A stretch of DNA of 64,000 nucleotides from Octopus vulgaris (Eukaryota). The position numbers were made by a program, and so were the translations under genes. This document shows positions 12,583-24,362 of this stretch, piece by piece. Under the pieces are notes generated by a model. It saw only the letters and a list, made by a program, of their open reading frames with translations, was not told where the DNA came from and searched no databases. The DNA is taken from positions 21,948,001 through 22,012,000 of the forward strand of contig OX597832.1 of assembly GCA_951406725.2 (NCBI GenBank), given 5' to 3'. The number at the start of each line of letters is the position of its first letter. Positions within the stretch are counted from its first letter, which is position 1.

Positions 12583-13078
12583 GTATGCTGTGCGTGAGAA
12601 GACCTGGCAGGGCAAGTGAGACCATAACCCATGGCCTCAGTCCACTTATGCATACCTTTCCTTCTTGGGACACAAAACTCTACTTGTGAAGACCTGTTGA
12701 GGCAAGTGAAAATCAAAATCAAAATCAAAATCGATCAACATCAATGGAAATTGTAGCTGTGATACCAGTGCCGGTGGCACGTAAGACAACCATCCGAACG
12801 TGGCTGTTGCCAGCGCCGCCCCGACTGGCTTCTGTGCCGGTGGCACGTAAAAAGCACCATCCGATCGTGGCCATTGCCAGCCTCGCCTGGCACCTGTGCC
12901 GGTGGCACGTAAAAAGCACCCACTACACTCATGGAGTGGTTGGTGTTAGGAAGGGCATCCAGCTGTAGAAACATTGCCAGATCTGACTGGGCCTGGTGCA
13001 GCCTTCTGGCTTCCCAGACCCCAGTTGCACCGTCCAACCCATGCCAGCATGGAAAGCGGACGCTAAACGATGATGATG
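12583..13078 (+). mobile_element. RTE-LINE 3' end (family C) with three tandem hairpin units and a (GAT)n tail
   Basis: TATGCTGTGC.TGAGAAGACC ORF end, three copies of GTGCCGGTGGCACGTAA, then GGAAGGGCATCCAGCTG and GATGATGAT. Confidence 0.85.
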
Positions 13079-13094
13079 AAGTGTATACGAATAA

Positions 13095-13305
13095 TCCTTT
13101 CTACTATAAGCACAAGGGCTGAAATTTTGGAGGAGCAGGGGATAAGTCGATTACATCGACCCTGGTATATAACTGGTACTTAGTTTATCGACCCCGAAAG
13201 CATGAAAGGCAAAAGTCGACCTCGGCGGAATTTGAACTCAGCATGTAGCAACAGGTGAAATACCGCTACGCCGATCATGCTAACCACTCTGACAGCTCGT
13301 TACCT
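13095..13305 (-). mobile_element. SINE family B (variant tail)
   Basis: ATCGACCCCGAAAG.ATGAAAGGCAAAAGTCGACCTCGGCGGAATTTGAACTCAG. Confidence 0.8.
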
Positions 13306-13710
13306 TTGTGTAACTGAATAATTCCATGCATATTCCTTTGCAAGCAATAAAACCTATACAGCAGCTGCAATGAGCTGGAAACCTGTATGCACACGCATGC
13401 GTGTATGCATGTATACGCATATGTGTGTGTGCGTGTTTATACCTTTATCCCAGTTCAGCCTAATTGGTTTGGACTTTATGGCTAAGCATTACTCCAAGAT
13501 ATCAAATATTTAAATTGATTTGCCGAGATAACAATTAATCGCTCAATATCTTTAATGTTTATTTTTCCCTAGCCTCTCCTCCTCATTATTTCGTAACTTC
13601 ACGATCATTATAGTCTTTTATGATCGTTTAAATTTAAAAAAACACAAAAAAAAGCTATTTTCATTAAACACTAAGGTAATTGGCCAAATTACTTAAAAGC
13701 TGGCCCAAGT

Positions 13711-13767
<57 letters not shown>

Positions 13768-13834
13768 TCTTAACTGTTTCCTTACCATATTCCTGTTGAC
13801 ACATGCTGTCCTTATTTAAATTAGTTTTGGCAGT

Positions 13835-14494
13835 AATGACATGTTAAAAAGCACCATCTGGCGTTAGGAAGGGCATCCAGCTGTAGAAACACTGCCAGAT
13901 CAGACTGGGCCTGGTGCAGCCTTCTGGCTTCCCAGACCCCAGTTGAACCGTCCAACCCATGCCAGCATGGAAAGTGGACGTTAAACGATGATGATGATGA
14001 TGAATGTGGCCGATGCCAGTGCCCCCTGACTGGCTTCCGTGCCGGTGGGACATAAAAAGCACTATCTAAATGTAATTGATGCCAGGGCTGCCTGACTGGC
14101 TCCCCGTGCTGGTGGCACGTAAAAAGCACCCACTACACTCTTGGAGTGGTTGGTGTTAGGAAGGGCTGCCAGAGCAGCCAACTGGCTTCTATGCCAGTGG
14201 CACATAAAAGGGCACCATTCGAGCGTGATCGTTACCAACATCACCTTACTGGCACCTGTGCTGGTGACATGTATAAAAAGATTTGAGCGAGGTCGTTGCC
14301 AGAACCACTTGACTGGCCCCCGTGCCGGTGGCACGTAAAAAGCACCCATTACACTCTTGGAGTGGTTGGCGTTAGGAAGGGCATCCAGCTGTAGAAACTC
14401 TGCCAGATCAAGATTGGAGCCTGGTGCAGCCATCTGTTTCGCCAGCCCTCAATCAAATCGTCCAACCCATGCTAGCATGGAAAGCGGACGTTAA

Positions 14495-14525
<31 letters not shown>
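13835..14525 (+). mobile_element. Two tandem RTE 3' UTR pieces (13835-14002 and 14003-14525), the second with about 5 hairpin units
   Basis: Two (GAT)n tails and repeated GTGCCGGTGGCAC-TAAAAAGCAC units. Confidence 0.85.
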
Positions 14526-14527
<2 letters not shown>

Positions 14528-14624
14528 AGAAGAATGATGCTGGAGGAACAGAGTTTGAAAAACATGGCATAAGTCCTTCATCAGATAAAAAGGAAGAGAA
14601 AGAGAAGGACAAGAAATATATAGA

Positions 14625-15036
14625 TAGGCGCAGGAGTGGCTGTGTGGTAAGTAGCTTGCTAACCAACCACATGGTTCCGGGTTCATTCCCATTGCGTGGC
14701 ATCTTGGGCAAGTGTCTTCTGCTATAGCCCCGGGCCGACCAATGTTTGTGAGTGGATTTGGTAGACGGAAACTGAAAGAAGCCCGTCGTATATATGTATA
14801 TATATATATATGTGTGTGTGTGTGTATGTGTTTGTCCCCCTAGCATTGCTTGACAACCAATGCTGGTGTGTTTACGTCCCCGTCACTTAGCGGTTCGGCA
14901 AAAGAGACCAATAGAATAAGTACTGGGCTTACAAAGAATAAGTCCCGGGGTCGATTTGCCCGACTAAAAGGCGGTGCTCCAGCATGGCCGCAGTCAAATG
15001 ACTGAAACAAGTAAAAGAGTAAAAGAGAGTAAAGAG
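14625..15036 (+). mobile_element. SINE family A, full length
   Basis: Intact head and tail. Confidence 0.92.
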
Positions 15037-15316
15037 TATATATTAATACGGTTGATAGATATTAACAAAAAACAAAAAAAACAGAATGGCTAGAAGATAT
15101 ACAGATATACAGATAAAGGGAAAAAGAGACAGATTAAAATAAACGGATACGGACAGACAGACAGATATCTGGAGAAGAAGACACACATGCAAATGGTGCA
15201 AATGGATATATTGAAAGTTGTCTGATTCACAGGAAGTAGTCTGCATTTTGGTTAACCAAAACCAAAAGAATAAACATCAATGTCTATTTGTCTGTGAGAA
15301 AAAATATACAAATGAA

Positions 15317-15319
<3 letters not shown>

Positions 15320-15360
<41 letters not shown>

Positions 15361-15889
15361 TACATATAGCTGCTCAGTACCTCTCCGAAAGAGAGAGAGA
15401 GGGGGATATACATAGACATATATATACATATATATATATATACACATATATATATATACATACACATATATATATATATATATGTACACATATATATATA
15501 CATACACATATATATACATACGCATATATATACATACACATATATATATATACACATATATACACATATATATACATACATATATATATATATATATATA
15601 CATACACATATATATATATATATACATACACATATACATAAATACACATACATATACATACATACATATACATACATACATATACATACATACATATATA
15701 TATATACACACATACATACATACATACATATACATACATATATATATATATACACATACACATATATATATACATACATATATATATACATATACATACA
15801 CACACACACACATATATATATATATACACATACATATATATATATATACACATATATATATATACATACACATATATATATACATACAG

Positions 15890-15922
<33 letters not shown>

Positions 15923-15940
15923 CACACACATCCATACACA
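15320..15940. repeat. (TA)n/(CATA)n microsatellite
   Basis: Seen directly. Confidence 0.95.
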
Positions 15941-16463
15941 CATTATTTCCTATTTTTTTATTTTATTTTTAGACTCTTCTCCATATACCTTCTAACCAAT
16001 CGCCACCCACTCATCTTCTTTTGTTATGAATTCCATGAATTAGACACACTTTTCACTCTAAACTTTATGCGTATATATATCAGCGAACGAGTGAGTGAGT
16101 GAATGAGTGTGTATGTGAGAATGTGCACACAGATTCTGCATCCAGTGCACAAAGCAAATTAATATGCACACAAAAGAAATTAGTTGCCGAAAATAATGCA
16201 ACGATTGATAATTACACTTACTGCAAACTCTATCTCTTAGCCGTTTCGATTAACGAGTTAGACGGTTTTTTTTTTCTTTCCCCCACCACTATCACCATTA
16301 GCACGTTGCAAAATATCAGCCAGCGAACCCTTCCCTTGTTCAATCTGTGTGCAATATTAGCGTTGTGGTAGCTATGGTTTGGTGGACGACAGTATTCACA
16401 TTGCAACATAAGCAAAAGAACTGCAAGTCTGTTTGAAGCAAAGTCACCATCATCATCATCATC

Positions 16464-16698
16464 ACCTATTTCTTTACTGCCCACAAGGGGCTAAACACAG
16501 AGAGGACAAACAAGGACAGACAAATGGATTAAGTCGATTAGATCGAAGCCAGTGTGTAACTGGTACTTAATTTATCGACTCCCAGAAGGATGAAAGGCAA
16601 AGTCGACCTCGGCGGAATTTGAACTCAGAACGTAGCAACAGGTGAAATACCGCTAAACATTTCGCCCAGCGTGCTAATGATTCTGCCAGCTCACCGCC
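16464..16698 (-). mobile_element. SINE family B, full length
   Basis: Same sequence as 368-602; CATCATCATCACC occurs on both flanks. Confidence 0.88.
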
Positions 16699-17055
16699 AC
16701 ATCATCATCACCACCACTACCACCACCACCAGTAGCAGCAGCACCACCACTACCACTACCAGCAGTAGCAGCACCATCACCACCACCAATCTATCATCCA
16801 CTTGTCCGTGCTTGTATGGGTTGGATGAGATCTGAAGCAGAATCTCTACAGCTGGATTTCCTTCTTGTCACCAACTCTCGCCTGTTTCCAAGCAAAGAGA
16901 TATTTTGCCCCGTAACTTGGACATGTTGGTCTTGAAAGATTGGGAATAGAGGACCCTGCTCTTATGACGGTGACACTCCTTTACAACAATCATGAGATGT
17001 CAAAACAAAAAGACCAACTTGTGCGCGCACACACACACACACACATACATACATA

Positions 17056-17390
17056 ATCATTTAACGTCTATTGTCCATGCTGGCATGGGTTGGACGGTTT
17101 GACCAGGGGCTGGCAAGCTGGAAGGCTGCACCAGACTCCAGTCCGATTTGGCATGGTTTCTACGGCTGGATGCCCTTCATAACGCCAACCACTCCGAGAG
17201 TGTCATGGGTGCTTTTATGCTCCACCAGCACAGGTGCCATTTCTGTGACACCAGTATCTGCCACGACAGAGATTTTACTTGTTTGGTGGGTCTTCTTCTC
17301 AAGCATGACATAATGCCAAAGGTCTTGGTCACTTGTCATTGCCTTTGTGAGGCCCAACACTCGAAAGGAGCTTTTCCTGTGCCACTGGAA
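17056..17390 (-). mobile_element. RTE-LINE ORF end plus 3' UTR
   Basis: ORF 17160..17360 (MLGLTKAMTSDQDLWHYVMLEK) is the same C-terminus as at 6648 and 8559. Confidence 0.8.
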
Positions 17391-18140
17391 TCAACCTCTT
17401 TGCCTTTTCCTTTTACCAAATCCACTCATAAAGCTTTGGTCAGTTTGGCGCTATAGTAAAAGACACTTCCCCAAAAGACTATGCACTGGAACTGAACCTA
17501 GAATCGAGTGGTCGGGAAGCAAGCTTCTTAACCACACAGCCACGCCTGAACAATAACTTAGTAAGTGGACCATGCCACACTGAAAGCTTATAAGGATGTG
17601 AACATGATTCTGAGTTCAATTCCACTACATGGCACTCAGGCCGACCAAATACATGCGAGTAGATCTGGTAGATAGAAACTGAAAGAAGCACACAGTCTGT
17701 ATCTTTGTGGGTGTTTGTTCCTGACCTTCACTTGAAAACCGGTGTTGGTGTGTTTACGTTCCATAACTTAGCAGTGTGGCAAAAGAGACTGACAAATTAA
17801 GCATCAGGCTTAAAAATGAAAATAAAAAAAGTACAGGAGTCGATTGTTTTAACTAAATTATGCAAGGCAGTGCCCTAGCATGGCCACAGTCAACTAAATA
17901 AAAGATAAAAGATTAAGGTGCAAGAAATATTTAGGGTTAGTTCAGAAATTAGGGTGACGTCTGTATTGTTGTGATGTAAATGGTACTTGAGAATTTGCTA
18001 GTTCAAAGAATAGAAATGGTATTTGGAATTTTGTTGGTTTTTCTCTTTTGAAGCATGATTTGGCAGGTAAATTGCATTTTAGGTAATGTACAAAAAGACT
18101 GAGGTAATAAAAATCTAGCATGCCTTGTCACAAGAGTACC

Positions 18141-18348
18141 TCTATCTTTACTACCCACAAGGGGCTAAACACAGAGAGGACAGACAAACGGATTAAGTCG
18201 ATTATATCGATCCCATTGCTGTACTTATTTAATCGACCCCGAAAGGATGAAAGGCAAAGGCGACCTCGACGGAATTTGAACTCGGAATGTAGCGGCAGAT
18301 GAAATACTGCTGAGCATCTCGCCCGGCGTGCTAACCATTCTGCCAGCT
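18141..18348 (-). mobile_element. SINE family B with 17-bp TSD
   Basis: CTTGTCACAAGAGTACC at 18124-18140 and 18349-18365. Confidence 0.9.
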
Positions 18349-19003
18349 CTTGTCACAAGAGTACCATGCATGTTAGATAAGCATGCGGGGGAAGATTATC
18401 AAACTCATAGAAAATAAACTGGTTCGTGCTCTTAGCTGTTGAAATGCAAAAGAAAAAACAACCCATAAAACCAAAACAAACAACAAAAACCCTTTACATT
18501 CATTTCAACACGTTAACGAACATACGGTGAAGTATGTCCAACTCCCAGACAATTGGCAAAGCAAAAATTACGCATCTGAATATCTGGAGACTATCGTCTA
18601 TATTTCGCATCAAGACATATTTGAAGAATTAGCATCAGTCAGCAGATTTTTCACCTGTTAACATTTGATGAAAGCAGAGACACATCTGTAAAACAAACGT
18701 CTTATTCTACACTTCAAGTTCAGATCTAAAGGTTGTAATGACTATAAAATGGTTTCTTTCTCTCTTTTACTATTTTTTTTTCTTTTAGTTTTGAGTTGGA
18801 GGAAGCATGCAGCTGCAGGCATGCGATGCATTTTTCTATTGTTCTTAGCAATTAAGTGGTATTGTGGAAGGAGGAAACTTGTAATCTACTGAAACGGTGA
18901 GGTTTACATCTGATGAAGCATCGGTAATGTCAGGCAGAGTAACCCTAACCCTAACCCTGATGTCACAACAAAGGTCATATGAGAAATCAAAAACCCATCA
19001 ACA

Positions 19004-19234
19004 TATTTCTTTATTACCCACAAGGGGCTAAACACAAAGGGGACAAACAAGGACAGACAAAGGGATTAAGTCGATTACATTGACCCCAGTGCATAACAGA
19101 TACTTAATTTATCGACCCCGAAAGTATGAAAGGTAAAGTCGACCTCAGAAGAATTTGAACTCAGAACGTAATACCAGACGAAATACGGCTACGCATTTCG
19201 CCTGGCATGCTAACGATTCTGCCAGCTCGCCGCC
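19004..19234 (-). mobile_element. SINE family B
   Basis: Full family-B sequence; ATCAACATA on both flanks. Confidence 0.88.
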
Positions 19235-19521
19235 TATCAACATAACGAATGTTCTTACAGCCTAGATAGGATTTACAACAAATACCTGACACCCAGTCAC
19301 CCTCTCTAAAACCTGGCCTAAAACAAAAAACAAAAAGACCAACTTACACGCACGCACACATACATACATCATCATTTAATGGCTATTGTCCATGCTGGCA
19401 TGGGTTGGATGGTTTGACCAAGGCTGGCAAGCTGAAAGGCTGCACCAGATTCCAGTCTGATCTGGCATGGTTTTCTACAGTTGGATGCCCTTCGTAACGC
19501 CAACCACTCCAAGAGCGTAAT

Positions 19522-19975
19522 AAGTTAAGTTAAGTTAATTTTTTGGCTCAAAAAGCAAAAAGCAAGGCCATGTAGGGGGACATGGAGTTATGTACAGGAT
19601 GGTGTTCATGTAAAGAGTTCAGGCCACTTGTTATCAAGGGAGACTTTGAACCGAGCGGTCGTTGGATTCTTCACTATCTCGTCCGGCAGCTTATTCCATG
19701 GTTCTGCAACCCGGACGGAGAAAGCCCCTCTCCTTCGATTGAGATGAAATCGTCGCAGATAGAGCTTTTCGGAGTGACCCCGCAGCCTACGCTCTGGAGC
19801 AGGAGTGAAGAACAGCTCTTTCGAGCGGTTACACTTTCCACTTATGATGTTGTGAGCAAGAATGAGATCACCACGGCGGCGTCATTTTTCTAGAGAATAA
19901 AGATCGAGCGTCTTCAGCCTTTCTTCATAAGACAAATGCTTGAGATCAAAAACCATGCAGGTAGCCAGCTTCTGG
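19522..19975 (-). pseudogene. 5'-truncated CR1-clade LINE (ORF2 C-terminus, 3' UTR, (TTAAC)n tail) inserted into an RTE 3' UTR
   Basis: Minus translation QKLATCMVFDLKHLSYEERLKTLDLYSLEK*RRRGDLILAHNII…RLRGHSEKL…FSVRVAEPWNKLPDEIV…FKVSLD contains the CR1 motifs LSYEERL, RRRGDLI, RGH and WN.LP. Stop at 19606-19608; internal CGA>TGA at 19882-19884; possible AAT TSD. Confidence 0.88.
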
Positions 19976-20574
19976 AATGGGTGCTTTTATGCTCCACCGG
20001 CATTTCCTCTGAAGTTGCTGGCTTTGTGCCAGAATTAGAAAACAATATTAACCTGCCTAAAACGACCACTGGTTTTATAGTACAAACTTCCTCTTTTAAA
20101 GAGGTCTAAATAAAAATTTAAAAAAAAGAGAAAAAATTCTTCCATATAAATTTCCTGCTATTTTATGTTCCAAACACCATCTTAATACTGACAAAATTAT
20201 TTTACTAAATTCTTCGTTATTTCGAAAAATTAATTGAAAAAAAAAAGCAGCATATTTCAACATGAATATGACTTCAAGAAACTTTATCAAAGGAAAACTT
20301 ATTGAATTTTATTCAAAAACTTTAGGAAAAAAAAATTTTGTTTTGTTTGAATAAAGTTTATTAAAATTCAATAAGAAATTTCTTTTTCGGTAAACTTCCT
20401 GGACATCTTTAAATCTAGAGGAACTTTAATAAGTAGATTTTATTGAAATTCCTGAAGATTTCTAAAAAGAAAGAAATGGAGTGGCTGTGTGGTAAGTAGC
20501 TTGCTTACCAGCCACATGATTCTGGGTTCAATACTTGTGTGCGTGTAAATATATATATATATATATTATATATA

Positions 20575-20902
20575 GGCAGGAGCACTCCGTCGGTTACGAC
20601 GACGAGGGTCCCAGCTGATATGATCAACGGAACAGCCAGCTCATGAAATTAACGTGCAAGTGATTGAGCAATCCACAGACACGTTTACCCCAAACTTGTT
20701 CTTAGGGAGATTCAGTGTGACACAGAGTGTGACAAGGCTGGCCCTTTGAAATACAGGTACAACTCATTTCTGCCAGATGAGTGGACTAGAGCAACGTGAA
20801 ATAAAGTGTGTTGCTCAAGGACACAACGCATCGCCGGGAATTGAACTCACGACCTTACAATTGTGAGTCGAAGGCCCGAACCAGTAAGCCACATGCCTTC
20901 AC
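20575..20902 (-). mobile_element. tRNA-derived SINE with CORE-like body (head E) and tail Y
   Basis: Reverse complement of GTGAAGGCATGTGGC…GAGTTCAATTCCC…GTTGTGTCCTTGAGCAACACACTTTA…CCCTCGTCGTCGTAACCGACGGAGTGCT. Confidence 0.8.
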
Positions 20903-21021
20903 AATATATATACTTGTTATCTCCCGTACTTCTTCGCTCTCTTGTGTGACCCTTCTGTCTGGCACCCAGTCGCAATGATAGATCGTTAGCCATTACACTC
21001 ATTTTTTTTCTGTGTCCCTTT

Positions 21022-21055
21022 TTGTAGAAGAGCGTAGGCTCGAAACATAAAAGAC
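21022..21055 (+). ncRNA. Degenerate minimal hammerhead motif in a small element (about 20903-21143)
   Basis: TTGTAGA-A-GAGC-GTAG-GCTC-GAAAC-ATA: stem II and GAAAC are intact, the CUGANGA box is mutated. Confidence 0.5.
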
Positions 21056-21140
21056 TTTTTCTATTCCTGTGATTTATACTAATACATCTGTTTGTTTTGT
21101 ACACCACCTGTCTTCGTCTTTTGTTTTTTTCGTAAACTCT

Positions 21141-21191
<51 letters not shown>

Positions 21192-21199
21192 TGTATGTA

Positions 21200-21457
21200 T
21201 AGGAACAAAAGCAATGGTAAGTTATGAAGTGCTTATTGGCTCCAGTCCATTGCAGGTGGGCTGCAAGATGCAGGAGGAAAGAGTGGAAGAAAGTTGTGGC
21301 GAAAGAGTCAGCAGAAGTTTCACCATTACCCTCTGTCGGATCCGCATGGAGCTTAGGTGTTTCGCTCATAAACACACACATCGCCCGGTCTGTGATTCAA
21401 ACCCGCAATCGCTCAACCGCGAGTCCGCTGCTCTAACCACTGGGCTATGTGCCTCCA
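21200..21457 (-). mobile_element. SINE family D (diverged)
   Basis: Homologous to 30891-31207. Confidence 0.8.
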
Positions 21458-21779
21458 CCGGTCAGAGATAGAAGAGACTATGTTTCATGAATTGCCCCCA
21501 GATAGAAGAAATCAGCCAGAATATCTGTAACAGGCAGGGGGGGGGGCATTACCAGATGGTCAGAACTCAAGTTCCTTTGCGGACAAAACTGCTGAACCAG
21601 TGGGTGGGTGGTTGAATGGAGTTAACTTGGGGGATCTGCTACACCACCCTCACTACTAACATGACAGCTACCATCACTACCACCACCACTGACACCATTA
21701 CCAATACTGGCACCTTACCAGTGCTACAACCAACACAACCACCACTGCCAACATCATCACCACCATCACTACTACCAAT

Positions 21780-22010
21780 ACCTATTTCTTTACTACCCAC
21801 GAGGGGCTAAACACAGAAGGGACAAACAAGGACAGACAAAGGGATTAGGTCGATTACATCGACCCCAGTGCGAAACTGGTACTTAATTTATCGACCCCGA
21901 AAGGATGAAAAGCAAAGTCGACCTCGGCAGAATTTGAACTGAGAACGTAACGACAGACGAAATACCGCTAAGCATTTCCCTCGGCGTGCTACCGTTTCTG
22001 CCAGCTCGCC
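21780..22010 (-). mobile_element. SINE family B
   Basis: Full sequence; CCAATACC TSD. Confidence 0.88.
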
Positions 22011-22389
22011 AATACCACCAACCCCACTAATATCACCATGAAGACTAAGACAAACTAACCCCCCCCCCCACCGCCGCCATCACTTCTAAACGCTAGCATC
22101 AGTTGATAAGGTGCGTTTACAGATTCAACCGATTCTACAGAATTCTGAAGTGAACGAACCCTGCTTCGGCATTCTGTGGAATCCCCCTGCCTCCAGCCAC
22201 CCACCCCCTTACCCCAACTCCTACACTTTTGTCACTTTTTCTTCCCCATCCCTCTTGTCACCCTAACTCCCACACCCCACAGGAATTCCAAGGTAAATAC
22301 TGCCCCCACCCCACACAAAACCTCCACTGGAAGCCCAAGAATGAAACACTTCACATTGTGATGACGACAATACGGTGTCTTAACCAGGA

Positions 22390-23050
22390 CGTAGTAGTAG
22401 TAGTAGTAGTGGTAGTGGAGGTGATGGTACAGGTAATAGTTTTGGTGGTGGTGGTGGTTATGGTGATAGTAGTGATGATAGCTGTTGTGGTGGTGGTGGT
22501 GGTGGTGGTGGTAGTAGTTATGGTGGTAGTGGTGGTGATGTGATGGTAGTGATGATAGCTGCAGTGGTGGTAGTGGAGATGATGGTAGAAGTGATAGTTG
22601 TAGTGGTGGTGATGCTGGTTATGGAGGTGATGTGATGGTTCTGATGATAGCTGTTGTGGTGGTGGCAATAGTAGTGGTAGCAGTGGTGGTGGTGGTAGTA
22701 GTAAAGATTATGGAGGTGATGGTAGATGTGATTGTTGTAGTGGTGGTGTGGTGGTGGTGATGGAGGTGATGGTGATGATAATAGCTGATAGTAGTGGTGG
22801 TGATAGTAGTGGTACCAGTGATGATGGTGGTGGTGGTGATGATGGTTGTGGTGGTGGTGATAGTAGAAATGGTGGTTGAAGTAGTGGTGGTGATGGTAGT
22901 AGTGGTGGTGGTGGTTATGATAGTAGTGGTAGGAGCAATAAGTACTGATGATGGTAGTGATGGTGTTGGCGGTAGTAGTGATGGTGGTGATGACAGCAGC
23001 AGCAGCAATAGTAGTAGTAGTAGTAATGGCGGTGGTAATGGTGGTGGTAG
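22390..23050. repeat. Mixed (GGT/GAT/TAG)n triplet repeat
   Basis: Seen directly. Confidence 0.95.
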
Positions 23051-23330
23051 CTGTGGGTGGTGCTGCTGTTGAAGTAGCGACACGAAATAGTGGCAAAAAA
23101 AAAAAATAAATGAAATAAAAAAAACTAACAAAATAAATAAATGTCAGGTTAATAGCTTGAATGTAATTCTCATTCCAACAGAGAGAAAGATTTCAAAGAA
23201 ATATCAAAGGGGAAAGAAAAAAAAAAAAAAAGAAAATTAAAACCAAAAAAAAAACAAGAAAATTAAAACAAAAAAAATAAATAAATGAAATAAAATAAAA
23301 AGCATTTTTTGTTTGTTGTTTTTTTAGATT

Positions 23331-23385
23331 GGCTGCTGATGAAGGAGCTAAATACTCCCGAAATATGGCATATATGCCCGTTACC
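23331..23385 (+). ncRNA. Hammerhead-like motif (partly degenerate)
   Basis: CTGATGA-A-GGAG-CTAAATA-CTCC-C-GAAAT-AT-GGCA-TATA-TGCC-CGTTA; the 3' strand of stem I is not evident. Confidence 0.5.
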
Positions 23386-23394
23386 CATTTTCTA

Positions 23395-23802
23395 AGGTGC
23401 ATGCGTGGCTGTGTGGCAAGAAGCTTGCTTACCTACCACATGGTTCCGGGTTCAGTCCCACTGCATGGCACCTTGGGCAAGTGTCTTCTACTATAGCCTC
23501 GGGCCGACCAATGCCTTGTGAGTGGATTTGGTAGACGGAAACTGAAAGAAGCCTGTCGCATATATGTATATATATGTATGTATGTGTATATGTCTGTGTG
23601 TCTGTGTTTGTCCCCCCAACATCGTTTGACAGCTGATGGTGTGTTTACGTCCTTGTAACTTAGCGGTTCGGCAAAAGAGACCAATAGAATAAGTAAGTAC
23701 TAGGCTTACAAAGAATAAGTCCCGGGGTCGATTTGCTCGACTAAAGGCGGTGCTCCAGCATGGCCACAGTCAAATGACTGAAACGAGTAAAAGAGTAAAG
23801 AG
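23395..23802 (+). mobile_element. SINE family A, full length
   Basis: Intact head and tail. Confidence 0.9.
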
Positions 23803-23919
23803 TATAGCAGATTTACTCCAGGTGTGTAAGAGGACCATTTTATGTCCAGGATGCACTGGATGCAATGCTGATGAAATCATTCCAGCTGCTTGAAATGGCG
23901 CCTGTGATTTCTGGCAACA

Positions 23920-24362
23920 AGCTGGCAGAATGGTTAACGCACTGGACAAAACGCCTAGCAGCATTTCGTCCATCCTTACATTCTGAGTTCAAATTCCACC
24001 AAGGTTGACATTGCCTTTTGTCATTTCCACATTGATAAAATAAGTAGCAGTTGAGTATTGGGGTTGACGTAATCAACTTATCCCCTATCCCAAAAATTGC
24101 TGGCCCTGTGTTAGAATTTGAAACCAGCATATTTATTCAAAAAGGCAGTGAGCTAGCAGAACCATTACCATACCAAACAAAATGCTAAGCAGCTTTTCTA
24201 CTGACCATTTATGTTCTGAGTTTGAATTTCGCCGAGGTCAACCATGCCTTTTTTTTATCGTTTTAGGGTCAATTAAATAAGTACCAGTTGGGTACTGGGG
24301 TCGATAGAAATGACTTAATCTCACCCCTAAAATTGCTGGCCTTGTGCCAAAATTTGAAACTC
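23920..24362 (+). mobile_element. Two tandem older family-B SINE copies
   Basis: GAGCTGGCAGAA…TTCTGAGTT.AA.TTC…AAGTACCAGTT…AATTTGAAAC occurs twice. Confidence 0.75.

Noticed and set aside
12768-12925. CRISPR-like array (palindromic repeat plus spacers of similar length)
   Set aside because: The spacers are homologous to one another, the array lies inside an RTE 3' UTR, there are no cas genes, and the context is eukaryotic.
18940-18958. Interstitial telomeric repeat (TAACCC)3
   Set aside because: Only three units; could arise by chance or slippage, with no supporting junction.
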